The notes under the pieces: generated by a model
What the model was told of the DNA's origin: nothing
The model's input: only the letters and a program-made list of their open reading frames with translations
The model's database searches: none
Virus record (IMG/VR): IMGVR_UViG_3300035520_000158
DNA length: 34,527 nucleotides
Origin: an uncultured virus (IMG/VR IMGVR_UViG_3300035520_000158)
Lineage: Duplodnaviria; Heunggongvirae; Uroviricota; Caudoviricetes; Crassvirales
Reading direction: 5' to 3' (one strand)
Shown: positions 9,001 through 18,000 of the stretch, in pieces
How the letters are laid out: every line of letters begins with the position of its first letter
Numbering within the stretch: the stretch's first letter is position 1
Position numbers and translations under genes: made by a program

Positions 9001-11090
9001 ATCCTCATAATGATAACAGATCTACTTATGCAGTTGATATTGCAGATGAAGATTCCTTTAGCCTATTAGGTCATATATTCTCTGGTAGAATGGATTTTGA
9101 TATGAGAAAATCATGGGATGGAGAGCTAATTGGTAAAACTTTAGGAAGTCTTGTAGGTGCTTCTGCTGATGCTGTAAAGGATCCTATTCTTAATCTTATG
9201 AATGTAAATAAAGAAACTGTAAATGTTCTAAATACTTTAGCTAGATTTGGAATGCCTTTTGATCAAGTAGCTTTATTTATATCTCAAAGTTCATTAGCTA
9301 AAGTTGTAGATAAATACAACTCTAATAAATTAAAAGGTATAGGAGGCTCTATATCTGATATTATAGAAGCAAGAATAAAAGAAATAACTAGAGACTTTGG
9401 TATAGATAAAAATAGTAGAATACAATATGAAGATTTAACAGAAGAAGAGCTTATTAAAGGTTTAAGAGTTAATAACACTACTGAAGATGCTAAAATAGAA
9501 TTTAAAGTTCTTAATACATTTAAAAAATTACAGAATATAGCATCATCTACAAGATTATTAAATACTGCTACAAGAGTAAACTCTATTTCAAGTGCTGTAG
9601 GTCCACTTATTGTTGATAATCTTATATATGAAAATCAAGTAAATGATTTAAATCGTCGAAGTGCTATTTATGAAAGAACTGTACTTCCAGATGGTAGAGA
9701 AATTTATAGAAAATCTACAGTTCAAAGTGTTATAGAAGCTAATCCTATATTAAAAGGATTTAGTCAAGGATACTCATTAGCAAGACAACTATTAAGAAAA
9801 ATGCCTGCTTACAGTGTAGGATTTAGTAATATAATAGATATTGCAGAAACAGAATGTAAACCTCTTATAACTGATAGAAAATCTATGAGTGACCTAGTAG
9901 ATTTCTATAATTCTTATTTGTTAATACAAAGTGGTGTTATAGATGAAACTAAATTAGAGTATTATATTTCAGAATTTCCTAAAGAATTTATAAGAAATTA
10001 TAAAAACAATGAGAAATATAAAGATAATCCTCTTATTCAAGCTATTAGATTAAGTGAAGATAATGGAAAGAGAGCTGCTTTAGCTGTTAATACTATGGGA
10101 GCAGATTCTGATTTTATTCAGAATTTATCTATGGGCTGGTTAAGTCTTTATAAAAGTGATAAAGAATTAGCTATGAAGCTTTTTGAATATAACTTCTTTA
10201 GAGGAGGTATAGGGTTTAGTCCTAAAACATTTATGAGATTACTTCCTGTAAGAATGAAAACTGATATAGAAGGATATTTGGAAACTTATAGAACTTTACC
10301 TATGGTAGATCCTCATTTAGTATTAAATCAGTTTGTAAGAAATAATTGGAGAAATAATAGAATAGTTCCTGTTAAAGATATTACAATTAATGTTTCACCT
10401 ACTAATAAAGATACTAAAAATACAGTTATTGAAATTCGTAAATCTAATGATGTAAAACTTATTAGAGGTGTACATTACTTTAAAAAAGGTGTATATAATC
10501 AACTTACAGGAAAAACTGATTATACAGTATATGAAAATATTTCATATAATGATGAAGAAGCTAAAGTAATGTATATTACAGAACTTGATACATTAGGAGC
10601 TAATAATGATTATATAGAAATGAGCACAGAGCCTATTTATGATCACGCTGTAATTACTACAAAAACAGATGTAAAAACCAGTGAAAAAGAGCAGCAGAAT
10701 CTTAGAGAAACTCAGCAACAATTAGATAAACAAATGGATCCTGAGAATGATAGTATTCTTGGAGATGGTGAATTATCTGAAAAAGATATTGCTGATGCAA
10801 GTGCTTATTATGATAGTATTAATGAAGATTCTAATGAACATCGTTATACTGATGAAGAATTAGAGGATTTATTAGTAAGAAGTTTTTCAACGCTTCCTGG
10901 AATTGAAACTAGAGAACAGGCTATTGCTAGAATAAATGATCAAAAAGAAGGTATTAGTAATACTAGAGATCCTGAAAAATTAGCTTCAAATCAAGTTAAA
11001 TATGAGAATTTCTTTAAGAATAAACTGATGCAATTAGGCATAACTCCTAATGAAGATTTATTAAAAGAACTTTATAAAAAACTATGTTAA
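3..11090 (+). CDS. Giant virion-packaged DNA-dependent RNA polymerase of crAss-like phage (single-chain two-barrel RNAP with N-terminal accessory domains); 5'-truncated
   Basis: Frame is open from nt 3 (VKEVEFKNDNESDKD...) into the ATG at 117, so the true start is probably upstream. Catalytic GSDFDVDK at 8361-8384 preceded by GYRIPTE (8244-8264); DAQAY (6705-6719), SAVKTG (7101-7118) and HGSQIR resemble conserved blocks of crAss/phi14:2 gp66-type RNAPs. Confidence 0.93.
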   Translation, partial: VKEVEFKNDNESDKDALARINEIINDVKNSKNGFIIDKMYPVKLKDTNAYKIYIKFKSFEDIVNAKLKLLENLSDDALASEALRLEQESMLNDEYYINPKKVEALKQQVRKNSFVYDFEINEAFEFLQNLENNPDLNQYVEQCIKWLKNDTIKLPRDNEKVLEAFQEARRLHIDTQKFKSPIDLLIYKANLEKVDEGDTINMSERPIFSLNRTVDTMEGTIEIYDVPDNEEGQQAVMQVLADATPKDSSGKPVMNSPWCLAVYNYDVKTKKATPTNSALNTYWPRYNKGKRQIAILNGKPIAFNSTNKEDGRDEWWDFSDHSHENVNECTLQKFKNITSGKSRNPKTTIALGDTVYTYSRNGVHSVSRTIINEIKNFHTFISESTHWTGNYIRKTISLLQKGTSTFDRIEFSSIRNNEGVDISMHNNDNSKDFILKIPYLENLDYNDIGFTIEIKNDQQIRKLDYQVNDDGSITVYSYKDSGNKKTGSNTYEPVSQKLHTVNRTIKNFNINSLDVLKKILYLKELYSHNQVRSIVDQLAPVVDIIKDLVNEIYNDSELNITEENTEIDEELASKYKEKLNKTIASGTPLLVNAVTDAVETAQLNNALNNAVENLNLPYNLNNEATNEDEVVNNETSEHPTNVENSIENNNTEVLEMTQEELSALGQEVNDFNSTDEQIEPKTIMNTLQALKEDRLTRLYNEQVKKPFNAELDRIFRNILEEYHFDIRTTNLKEMYDQDALGALDILQKVIYLSDEGDIEKVKAIAEPEEFAHAFIELMGSAYYSPKARAKYDIATREYSELRDLIETTSFYKEILEQYKNVYTYQNGNPDLVKIKKEAVGKALGATIVGKFEEKTEADKTFTKKLKKWFNDALLFFKAVFGNKSAQLQRKLDAIAESILNGSYAEKYLDKVHDTNYKLVTFKDTLAKQNARDGGKALNIIQKLNRHKSILTGSLSYRAQGTVYRSEEDNLHDLDFVVKAEDSTLYMDHPSLAHITQRKMGKWTSEMLLKAVADSPYIRSIKEDIPDFYVMYAYPENSGKCIISNNAICDDPRIITKFKSLKGNFNQRLAQLEPEEREKLYLVDIFFNKDNVVDTYSDTESDITMTDFTESFSAKLKMGRAKDLYDYQRFLPYNRKYNVKQSSKGALFFKNENSVPGERIDLNDSEGIARIKDKVKFNNIEIAGMKIPFDSKLGKFLQSESQSSGILSYFITDNNEFIENLKDSSYPHSYFIPNSRIPKEILKEELEEFSIYNGENNTYKTDEVIGLLIEAIDEDFGKVKTLFNNLKEACTNQEVLSDSHVINAISKTGELTLSNLITALHLLLDSTFSISNTTVTYEPLSQKEINFNNSEEDDTEKPAPVEERKSDKEDKHKSISDIHAEFSARIDRQMDALLDSDLISPIELRHLAEQIVNCVSDYITQAMTDPQSVSDFFNGEFDGIDFSKMSRKEIVNTIGIDKLLEACKKKFDPNSRDEDDEFYDDEDTLAIAKEVMKNWDALLYMASDVFRSNEDFSIVTDDGLTHTTEDSTVLNADELEVSDDEDDVNEHEGSQQMHWQIKMTTLDTLRTMSQEVKDALRQLYILDEHGNPVYDRFGIRERINVRKATQSILRWGQGSVTLSNLVTALKEKEQSNPWLKPLIKKLSEKNGEYATFQSQFWGTFDKHFITMSIVRKQDGMYISQAVNEHPALSEVAKQIEIAYNIGEHPLFEPSGVNTESLKQLSNDYDTLRNLRNSDFNKPENVQKIYEALVNATNLLGYNIPIEMVENALKLNNQNLEDFKSMYEALGYIIKSIEAGSKKEDYNPFKFKDRNSINGNLRAFLRPLTDTLEDTMINAVYDDGEMHQSYITPSWLSNMFVKFTRDEESFKKYIESEFGTSEWYKKDGAWRQPWIEAMVQNPAFRKIFKHKIQLNFDGSNYMKTMDDLQYTLSVFAEYFTKGDSKESMTTAWYRVPMQSNKPTSEFIQFMSYRGPFYKNSITTGMIKIFSQELDRIVTVMLRNKDKTDPDFIKNFDTKGKKFVLLDFMNSYLEGGKKANTEFGKALQAEINNRIQKVRDPEHSSTTKNTELEASLQTIIKEEMEAKVNSILESWKNKGVIEAAKKIENIGKSDAEVTANLENFIWNDTFAAMNILELTVVDPAYYADAEDLQKRLAQIHAPGIRGNAEATDFKGNSVTDGKVRTFYLNDFDDVTSNVIDNLTEVFDRKIREAKGVEKEGYKALKEALVGAKGVYRQINVTDAQAYNCPTSYRKKAFIFGKWSKRAEDVYNRILRNEHPSYTEIQEAFQPLKPFAYSQVAKESGVVGAPIQNLKMGIQNKNAEYLLIMADAILKGEQTSKPNLLRAIYEVMEDSHKNADGTVKVDGIDTVQFNSAVKTGPRNGISVKDLINNPNGEAILKSRINQSIYKWDTKQVTNENSENNENTNVHTKTSEYNSDYIHELDLDGYCLQQEVPAHFMEHEQSHGSQIRAILPSDLAITDVNGNAVTYHTDKGDVTAKEFIEDYENTIAENINASIDNLKKEFNLPIDNNGLVDQRDVNKAISRVLQHEILTSPRYGMDLYQACSIDENGNFKIPLGDPIQSKRIEQLINSIIKKRVNKQEIAGGPVVQVSSFGTSNSLHIKFKNKNGGKLLSREEWKEAKEKEKLEAPTTVTNTQTTNNIDIPILKKEGPVDTDLNTFKDSVSDIDNNEEGTTNGLGNTYEEYLKNNQGGIDYFEVYAPIYSKELLEKFADEKGNIDIKSIEALDPDLLKMVGYRIPTEAKYSAAPLKIVGFLPREAGDAIMMPEEITAINGSDFDVDKMYLMRKVLNIKKNDISRSKLHRLLYDELVNSQKSKLSYNTKLSINDLINQFLDNPYAKSSLVNQETAQGYMSMPEAAYEKLLKTYLQNKYTVEKPTKGKLYRDNKIVDMTYEVLTHATSADQVLNPQDFSAQKRAGYMIEAYRQGYDWEYLKSKSISELKDLISTEKNLSYIDTHIQFYKQNSSAASLLGIFAVNRVAHAIIETSHPHNDNRSTYAVDIADEDSFSLLGHIFSGRMDFDMRKSWDGELIGKTLGSLVGASADAVKDPILNLMNVNKETVNVLNTLARFGMPFDQVALFISQSSLAKVVDKYNSNKLKGIGGSISDIIEARIKEITRDFGIDKNSRIQYEDLTEEELIKGLRVNNTTEDAKIEFKVLNTFKKLQNIASSTRLLNTATRVNSISSAVGPLIVDNLIYENQVNDLNRRSAIYERTVLPDGREIYRKSTVQSVIEANPILKGFSQGYSLARQLLRKMPAYSVGFSNIIDIAETECKPLITDRKSMSDLVDFYNSYLLIQSGVIDETKLEYYISEFPKEFIRNYKNNEKYKDNPLIQAIRLSEDNGKRAALAVNTMGADSDFIQNLSMGWLSLYKSDKELAMKLFEYNFFRGGIGFSPKTFMRLLPVRMKTDIEGYLETYRTLPMVDPHLVLNQFVRNNWRNNRIVPVKDITINVSPTNKDTKNTVIEIRKSNDVKLIRGVHYFKKGVYNQLTGKTDYTVYENISYNDEEAKVMYITELDTLGANNDYIEMSTEPIYDHAVITTKTDVKTSEKEQQNLRETQQQLDKQMDPENDSILGDGELSEKDIADASAYYDSINEDSNEHRYTDEELEDLLVRSFSTLPGIETREQAIARINDQKEGISNTRDPEKLASNQVKYENFFKNKLMQLGITPNEDLLKELYKKLC
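2100..2720 (+). other. Zincin-like (MPTase-type) domain within RNAP protein, degenerate metal motif
   Basis: GALDILQKVIYLS strand, then PEEFAHAF (EExxH in place of HExxH, 2304-2318) and downstream KEAVGKALG helix (Glu at 2511). Zincin domains fused to crAss RNAP proteins are known. Boundaries approximate. Confidence 0.6.
2790..3420 (+). other. Pol-beta-superfamily nucleotidyltransferase domain within RNAP protein
   Basis: ILTGSLSY (GS at 2856-2861), HDLDFVV (2913-2933), LVDIFF (Asp at 3249), and AKLKMGRAKDLYDY (3339-3380). Boundaries approximate. Confidence 0.7.
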
Positions 11091-11091
11091 T

Positions 11092-14000
11092 ATGGGAAAG
11101 AAAAATAAATCATGTTCAATGGTTCCACAAATTACAGTAAATGGTCATGATGAAGAGAGTAATACTTATAATGACTTATTGAAAAAATTTGGAAATAAAC
11201 CCTTTGTTAACTATCTATATGCTAGCTACCTCAATCCTGGGGTAGCTAGTGCTATGGATAGTATGCACATGGAAAGAAATAAACAAGGTGAACATTCTGC
11301 CAGTGATATTTGTAAATTTTTAGGAATAGATAAAACTCTTAGTTTAGATAATGTAAGTCTTTCTAGAATTGCTAAAAATGAAGGGGTATATGATGCTAAT
11401 TTTACAGCTAAGAACTTTACATCGGAAGAAGCTTTAAATAAGGCTTTTGATATAAATAATAGTAGAAAAGATGTAGTAGCCATACCTATAAAAAATGGTA
11501 ATACTTATAATGTAAAATTATTTTGGAGAGATTCTAAAACTATTGATAGAGTATATGATATTGAAACCCAACATAAAATGTGGGAAATTGTAAATAATTA
11601 TATTACAACTTTAAATAATGGTACATTTACAATAGATCAATTAGATTTTGCTTCTGATATAGTAAACCCTTTACAAGTAAAAGGTTTTATACAATGGATG
11701 AACAATATAAAGCTTACTAGAAATTCTATAATGTCTGTTAAAGATATTAAGATGCTATTAGTAATGAATCAAGATGATGTAGGAGTACAAAGACTTATAC
11801 AAAAATATGGTGATATAGATAGTGCTGCACAAAATGCTTATGATTCATCTAAACAGGCTACAAGAGGTAATTATACTGCACAAGAAGCTACTTTAATAGA
11901 TAACACTTTATCAAGATGTAGTAAACTACAAGGATTAGATTTAAGAGCTTTAAATGCAGATATTCAAAACAATATAAATATTGTTACTAGTAGTTCTGAT
12001 GCTTATGCTACATCTACAACTTTAAAAGAATTAGATAGAAAGTATAAACTAGAAGAGAATGATATTAAAGTAATAGGGGATAATATTAAATCTTTTACTG
12101 ATGCTGCTGCATTAGCAGCTTTGCAATTAAAGAGAAGAATTGCAGAAATTAAAAGAACTACCGGTATATCAGCAGAATCAGAAAGACTAGATAATTTACT
12201 TAATAATATATTACATGAACTTGATAATAATAGATATTATTCAGGAGTATTAAATTATTTACAAGAAGCTGTTAGTCAACTTCCTAATATACAAAGCATA
12301 CTTGCAGGAGCTTTTAATTCTCAAGGTACAATAATGGAACAATGTATGTCTATTGCTGATGCTATTACTGAAGTAGATAAATTAAGAGATCAATATTATC
12401 CTATAGTAGAAGCTTTGTCTAATATGGATAATCTTATAATGAGGGAAAGTATATCTCAAGCTAATAAAGATGTTATTGAAAATATGGCTAAACAAGTTAA
12501 AGAAATTTTTGATAACATGGATCTTAAAATTAAAGACCTAAAAGAGCACGTAATGGCAGATACTATAAGAGAGTTTTTAGGCCCTGATGCTGATAATATA
12601 TCTGTACATGATACTATATTAATGCTTGCTAGAGATATTTCTGCAACTAATTATTTATATAGCATGGGTAGAACTTCAAGTCCTATTATAAATGCTATGG
12701 GAAAAATTATTAAAGATGCTCAATTAGAGAGAAATAAGAAAATGCAAGAGTATTCTTTAAGGGTAAGAAGAATTACTAATAGATTATATTCAGCAGGATA
12801 TGATACTAGTTTTATGTATGATGGTGAATATATTGTTAATCAATATGATTGGGAATTATATAATAAAACTAGAAATGCTTATTATAATACATTATTAGCT
12901 AATGGTGTAAAAGGTAGAGACTTAGAGCTTGAAATGCAACATTGGGAAGAAACTCATACTAAAGATGTAGTTGTAGATAATACTAATGGTAGAACTGAAA
13001 AGGTACCTATATATGAAAGTAATCCAGATTTCATGAATGGATGGTCTGATGAACAAAAGGATTATTATATGGAAATGATGCAAATAAAAGGTGAAATAGG
13101 TTCTATGCTTCCTAAGTATGCACAAAATCAATTTAGACCTCCGCAGGTTAGAAAGACCTACACAGATATGCTTGTAGATTCTAAAGGTAATCCTATTAAG
13201 ATAGGAAAACTTGAATGGGAAAAAATTAAAGATTTCTGGACTATTAGAGAAGATGATACCAATTATGTAGGAAATACTATATCATTAGACAGTGATGATT
13301 ATGCATCAGGATTAGGTAATTATAAAGGTGAAGCTCTTAGAGATGTTCCATTATTCTTTATGAATAAATTAAAAGATCAAAGTCAATTATCTAGAAACTT
13401 TTCAGGTAGTATGCAGCATCTATTAGGAACTGCTATAAACTATCAATGTATGAGTAAAATTAAGAATCTTGTAGAATTAATGAAAGATTATACAGAAGAT
13501 CTTAATAAGCAAGCTTTAAGAGGTAATAAAGGTGTAAGAGAAATTATACATAAAGCTGATACCAGAATATCAGGATACTTATATGACCATGCTAAAGCTA
13601 CTAATACAATAGGTATTATGGAAGGTTTTATTGAAAAATATATTTTTGGTGTAAGAAGACAAGGTAATGGAACTTGGGATAAAATAATCAATAATCTAAT
13701 AAATTATACTTCTGTAAAATCTTTGGCTGTAAACTTAAAAGGAGCTGTTTCTAACTGGACTGTAGGTGAATTACAGTTATTTATAGAAGCTGGTGCAGGT
13801 GAGTTCTTTAATATGAAAGATTACTTATATGCTCAAGGAAGAGAATTTGGTAAAAATACTGTCGAAGCTCCTGAAAGATTCTTTGATTATATATGTAATA
13901 ATAAAAATACTATGTCACAGCTTCTTGCTCAAAGATTTGATCCTTTAAATGAAAACTTTTCAGAAGAATCTAATAGATTATATTATAAAAGCAAATTCAG

Positions 14001-14961
14001 AAATTTTTTGAATAAAGGTAATAAATTTATTGGGTATTCTACAGGTGAAAATACTATCCACTTTGTTACAATGTATGCAATATTACATAATCAAAAAGTT
14101 AAAATTGATGGTAAAGAGGGTCATTTAGCTGAAGCTTTTAAGCTTACTGATAAAACAGATGGTAATAAAGAATTAGAATTAAAACCTAATGTTACAAGAA
14201 TAAATGAAGAAGGTCAGGAGGTTCCTGTAGATGAACAGTATCTAGATTGGGTAAAAGCTAGAATTAAATTTGCTAATCAACAAATGCATGGTTCTATGAA
14301 TGATGAAGATAAAGGTTTAATTCATCAAAGAACTTGGGGAAGAGCTGTAATGAATCTTAGACAATGGATGGTAGAACATTTTTCAAAAAGATTTAGACAA
14401 AATTATAGAGATGCTGAAACACAAAAAGAAAGAGAAGGTTTTTATACAACTTTAGGTAGAATGTTACAGGGTTTATCCAATCATATATTTAAAACTAGTT
14501 TTGAAGGAGCTATTGAATGGAAAAATATGGATTCTATGCAAAAATCTAATTTTAAAAGATGTATGATGGAATTTTTAACATTAGCATTACTACTTAGTGG
14601 AGATACTATAGCTGGAGATCCTAAAGATTATAAAAGAGAATATTGGAAAAGATTCTGGTTATATCAATTAAAAAGAGCACTTGTAGATGTTAGAGGTTCA
14701 ACTCCTATAGGTATTCCTTATGAAGCTCAAACTATATTAAATAGTCCAGCTTCAATAGTTAATACTATTCAAGGATTATTATATCCTGTATATGGTTTAG
14801 GAGATGTAGGTGAAGAAATTAAAAAAGGTCCATATAAAGGAGATAATAAATATCTTAGAAATGTATATAAATATTCAATACCTTATTTATATCAAATAGA
14901 TAGAACTGTAAATATGGATAATGACGATGAGCAATTTTCAGTATTTAATAAAGGTCTATAA
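11092..14961 (+). CDS. Large virion cargo/ejection protein (1289 aa)
   Basis: Starts 1 nt after the RNAP stop; predominantly helical/coiled-coil; C-terminal GRAVMNLRQWMVEHFSKRF block and hydrophobic EFLTLALLLSG segment recall crAss giant ejected proteins. Confidence 0.65.
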   Translation: MGKKNKSCSMVPQITVNGHDEESNTYNDLLKKFGNKPFVNYLYASYLNPGVASAMDSMHMERNKQGEHSASDICKFLGIDKTLSLDNVSLSRIAKNEGVYDANFTAKNFTSEEALNKAFDINNSRKDVVAIPIKNGNTYNVKLFWRDSKTIDRVYDIETQHKMWEIVNNYITTLNNGTFTIDQLDFASDIVNPLQVKGFIQWMNNIKLTRNSIMSVKDIKMLLVMNQDDVGVQRLIQKYGDIDSAAQNAYDSSKQATRGNYTAQEATLIDNTLSRCSKLQGLDLRALNADIQNNINIVTSSSDAYATSTTLKELDRKYKLEENDIKVIGDNIKSFTDAAALAALQLKRRIAEIKRTTGISAESERLDNLLNNILHELDNNRYYSGVLNYLQEAVSQLPNIQSILAGAFNSQGTIMEQCMSIADAITEVDKLRDQYYPIVEALSNMDNLIMRESISQANKDVIENMAKQVKEIFDNMDLKIKDLKEHVMADTIREFLGPDADNISVHDTILMLARDISATNYLYSMGRTSSPIINAMGKIIKDAQLERNKKMQEYSLRVRRITNRLYSAGYDTSFMYDGEYIVNQYDWELYNKTRNAYYNTLLANGVKGRDLELEMQHWEETHTKDVVVDNTNGRTEKVPIYESNPDFMNGWSDEQKDYYMEMMQIKGEIGSMLPKYAQNQFRPPQVRKTYTDMLVDSKGNPIKIGKLEWEKIKDFWTIREDDTNYVGNTISLDSDDYASGLGNYKGEALRDVPLFFMNKLKDQSQLSRNFSGSMQHLLGTAINYQCMSKIKNLVELMKDYTEDLNKQALRGNKGVREIIHKADTRISGYLYDHAKATNTIGIMEGFIEKYIFGVRRQGNGTWDKIINNLINYTSVKSLAVNLKGAVSNWTVGELQLFIEAGAGEFFNMKDYLYAQGREFGKNTVEAPERFFDYICNNKNTMSQLLAQRFDPLNENFSEESNRLYYKSKFRNFLNKGNKFIGYSTGENTIHFVTMYAILHNQKVKIDGKEGHLAEAFKLTDKTDGNKELELKPNVTRINEEGQEVPVDEQYLDWVKARIKFANQQMHGSMNDEDKGLIHQRTWGRAVMNLRQWMVEHFSKRFRQNYRDAETQKEREGFYTTLGRMLQGLSNHIFKTSFEGAIEWKNMDSMQKSNFKRCMMEFLTLALLLSGDTIAGDPKDYKREYWKRFWLYQLKRALVDVRGSTPIGIPYEAQTILNSPASIVNTIQGLLYPVYGLGDVGEEIKKGPYKGDNKYLRNVYKYSIPYLYQIDRTVNMDNDDEQFSVFNKGL

Positions 14962-14966
14962 AATAA

Positions 14967-14999
14967 AAATAGCTAGTAGGAAAACCCTACTAGCTATTT
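14967..14999. terminator. Bidirectional intrinsic terminator between convergent genes
   Basis: Perfect 14-bp stem AAATAGCTAGTAGG / AAAAC / CCTACTAGCTATTT, with T-run downstream on + and A-run upstream (T-run on -). Confidence 0.9.
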
Positions 15000-15003
15000 C
15001 TTT

Positions 15004-18000
15004 TTAACAGTCTTTTAATTCTTCTAACCACTTCTCCATATTTACAATATTATCAGTAACTCTACCTTTACTTTGTAAGAATTGTACTCTTTCAGAAATT
15101 TTCTTAGTCTTTGGGGTAAATCCCCATTTATCTAATAATATTTTATCAAGTTTTTGTAAGAAACCATCTATACTTCTAGCAGCTTTAACTACTGATATTC
15201 CTTTACTTTCATCTTTCTCATGTAATTCTGCATTAGTTTTACCACCTAATGTATTCATATCAGAAGAAGGAGCTTCTTTTTCAGGAACAGGTTTAAGCTC
15301 AGTTTTATCTGGTGTAGGTATTCCTTGAGCTTCAGTAGCTACAGTAGGCTGAATTATTACAGGTGCTTGTGGAGCAGCAGGAACAAAATCTCCTAAAGCT
15401 TGTCTTTCTAATTCTTCATTAGTTAAAGTATCTTCTGCTACAATATCTTCATCTTTTTCAGTTTCCTTATTTTCATTTGTAGGATTCTGTGACTCTTCTT
15501 GCTTCTTCATTGCTTCAAGTTCTGCTTGTGCTCTTTTATTTCTTTCTTCATTTAATTTATTTTGAACATAAGCATCAATAACTTTTTTAGCATCTTCCTT
15601 AGATAATATTGTAACATTAGATGTACTAGTTTTAAAAGCTACAATAGGATCATTAGCATCCATTTTTAATATATGCCATTCAGCTTTTTTCCTATCATTT
15701 TTTATTTCAGGAACTCTATCTTTAACAGTTACTGCATAATTTAAAGTTCTTATAGTATCAATATCTGTTACTACATTATGACTAGCATCTCTCCAAACTC
15801 CATTATCATTCTTTCTATATGTAATACCTTTAAATACAACAGAATTTTCTTCCTTATTTTTAGCTATTTCTTCATTAGCTCTTGCTCCTATAGGAGAACG
15901 TTGTTCTTGGTAAGCTTTAGTTCTATCAGGAACACCATCTTTCATAGGTAATATAGTATATTGAGAAGAAGATGAGCCTAATTTAGCTAAATCAGTATTT
16001 AAAGCTCCTGCTTCAGAAAATATCCTAAGAGTTTCAGGATCTGATAAAGTAGATGGTGTAAGATTAATTCTAGGATTAATATAATTTACAGCATCTATAA
16101 AGCTTTGAGCACTATCAACACCAGGAGTAAATCTAGCAACAACAGTTTCATTATTAGTTAAATAAAGTACATTTTTATCCTCTTTACCAATAGATATATT
16201 TATACCTTTTCTATCTAAATATAATAATTTAATTAATTGTTTAATAGCTACTACTCTATCAGAAAATTCTGGAGAAGTACATTCTATTAATAGTTTATTA
16301 ATAGTATCTTTTAATTCACCATCTTTTATTTCTGATAATCTTGCTGGTATAATATAAGCAGGTGCATAGTGTCCATTAGCAGTTTTTATCAAAGCAAATG
16401 TATTACCTACATTTGATAAAGAATCTAAAGGTGAATAAATCCCAGTAGCATTACCTACTAATTTATAACCATCTCTAGTTTGTATTAACCAAGATAATTG
16501 TCCTAAAGAAAGTCCTAAAGGATTTCTTTCTGAAACTTCTCCATTAGCTAGTTCTGACATATTTTTAATAGTAACAGCATCATCACCAAGGAGTTGTCTC
16601 ATTAAATATCCAGGATAAAAATGATCTAACTCCGTATATCTTGAAGTATCTACAAAAATTTCGTCAGTAGAAGTAGGATGACTTTGAAAATAAGTATGTC
16701 TTGCTACTTCATTATCATATAATACTTTTCTATAATAATCACCTTGAGCTTTATTTTGTAATTGAAATCCTGATACACCTATAATTAAATACTCTTTACC
16801 ATTAGATTCAAATATTCCTCCATACTCTTTATTATGGATAGCTTTTACTTCTGGAGTTACTTCTACATATAAGTATAATGCATCAAATATGCTTTTCTTT
16901 TGAGTATTAACTTTAGGACCACCAAAGTATATTTTAGGAGATACTTGAAGAATTTCATATAACTCATTATCTATAATATCTTGAAGCTTTACACCTTTAC
17001 TATTTAAATACTCAATAATGTCCTTAAACTGAGAACCTTCATTTTGTGGTGAAGCTACCTGTTTATGACTCTTAGCTGCTTCAAAATCATAAGGTTGGTA
17101 TTTATTACCAGGTAATATAGTAGGTTCAGATTCTACATTTTCATTTTGAAATTCTATAGAATTTGTAGAAGATACATCTGGAGTAACATCTTTAACTTCT
17201 TTACTTTCTTTATCTTTATCACCTTCATCAAATTCAGCAGCTTCACTAGAATCTAAGTAATAACTATCACTTACAGGATCATAATTTAATTGGGATAAAT
17301 CACCCTGTTGTCCAGCTTCTACATCAGGGGTATTATCAGCTTTAGGCTCTTCTAGCTCTTCAGGTTTATTATCAGGAATAGGATTCTCTAAAGATTCTTT
17401 ATTACCTTCTTCACCTTTTTCTACATTATCTAGGGAAGTATCTTTATCTTGATCATTATCAGGTTGAGGATTATTTAATTGAGCCTGTTTTTGAGCTTCT
17501 TCTTGTTTTCTTTTTTCTTCTTCTTCTTTAGCTTTAGCTTCTTTTTCTATTCTTTCTTTTTCCTGTTTAGCTACTTCTTCTTGCTTTTTCTTCTCTTCTT
17601 CTCTTTTTTGTTTCTCAGCTTCTCTTTGTCTTTTTAATTCTAATCCTCTTCTTCTGTCTATTCTACTTTGATCTCTTACAAAACCAAAAGCTTTAGCTCT
17701 TTCAAGAATTTCTTCTAATAAATTTCTTTCTGTAGTAGTTAAATCTTCTCTATCTAAAGCATCTTCTATAGCACTATATAACTCTTGACTATTTTCAGCA
17801 TTACTAATTACACCTCTAAATATTTGTTTATAATACTTTTGAAGATTAACATCAGATGTAATACCTTCAATAGCCCATGATAAATTACTTATAGTTGTAC
17901 CTAATGAAATAGCTTCTAAGAAATCTAATCTTCTACTATCAGAAAAATCCATAGAACTATAGTAATCCATAATCCTATCTACATTAAACAAATGAGCAGT

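Noticed and set aside
3..11090. Intein or group I intron in the RNAP gene
   Set aside because: Frame is uninterrupted and I saw no intein splice motifs or homing-endonuclease signature.
5550..13691. Short - strand ORFs (5550, 6074, 9284, 11226, 12922, 13488)
   Set aside because: Entirely antisense to long conserved-looking genes; composition is the usual antisense shadow.
17480..17660. TTC/TTT-rich quasi-repeat
   Set aside because: Encodes an E/K/Q/R charged helix of the 2264-aa protein, not a DNA repeat element.
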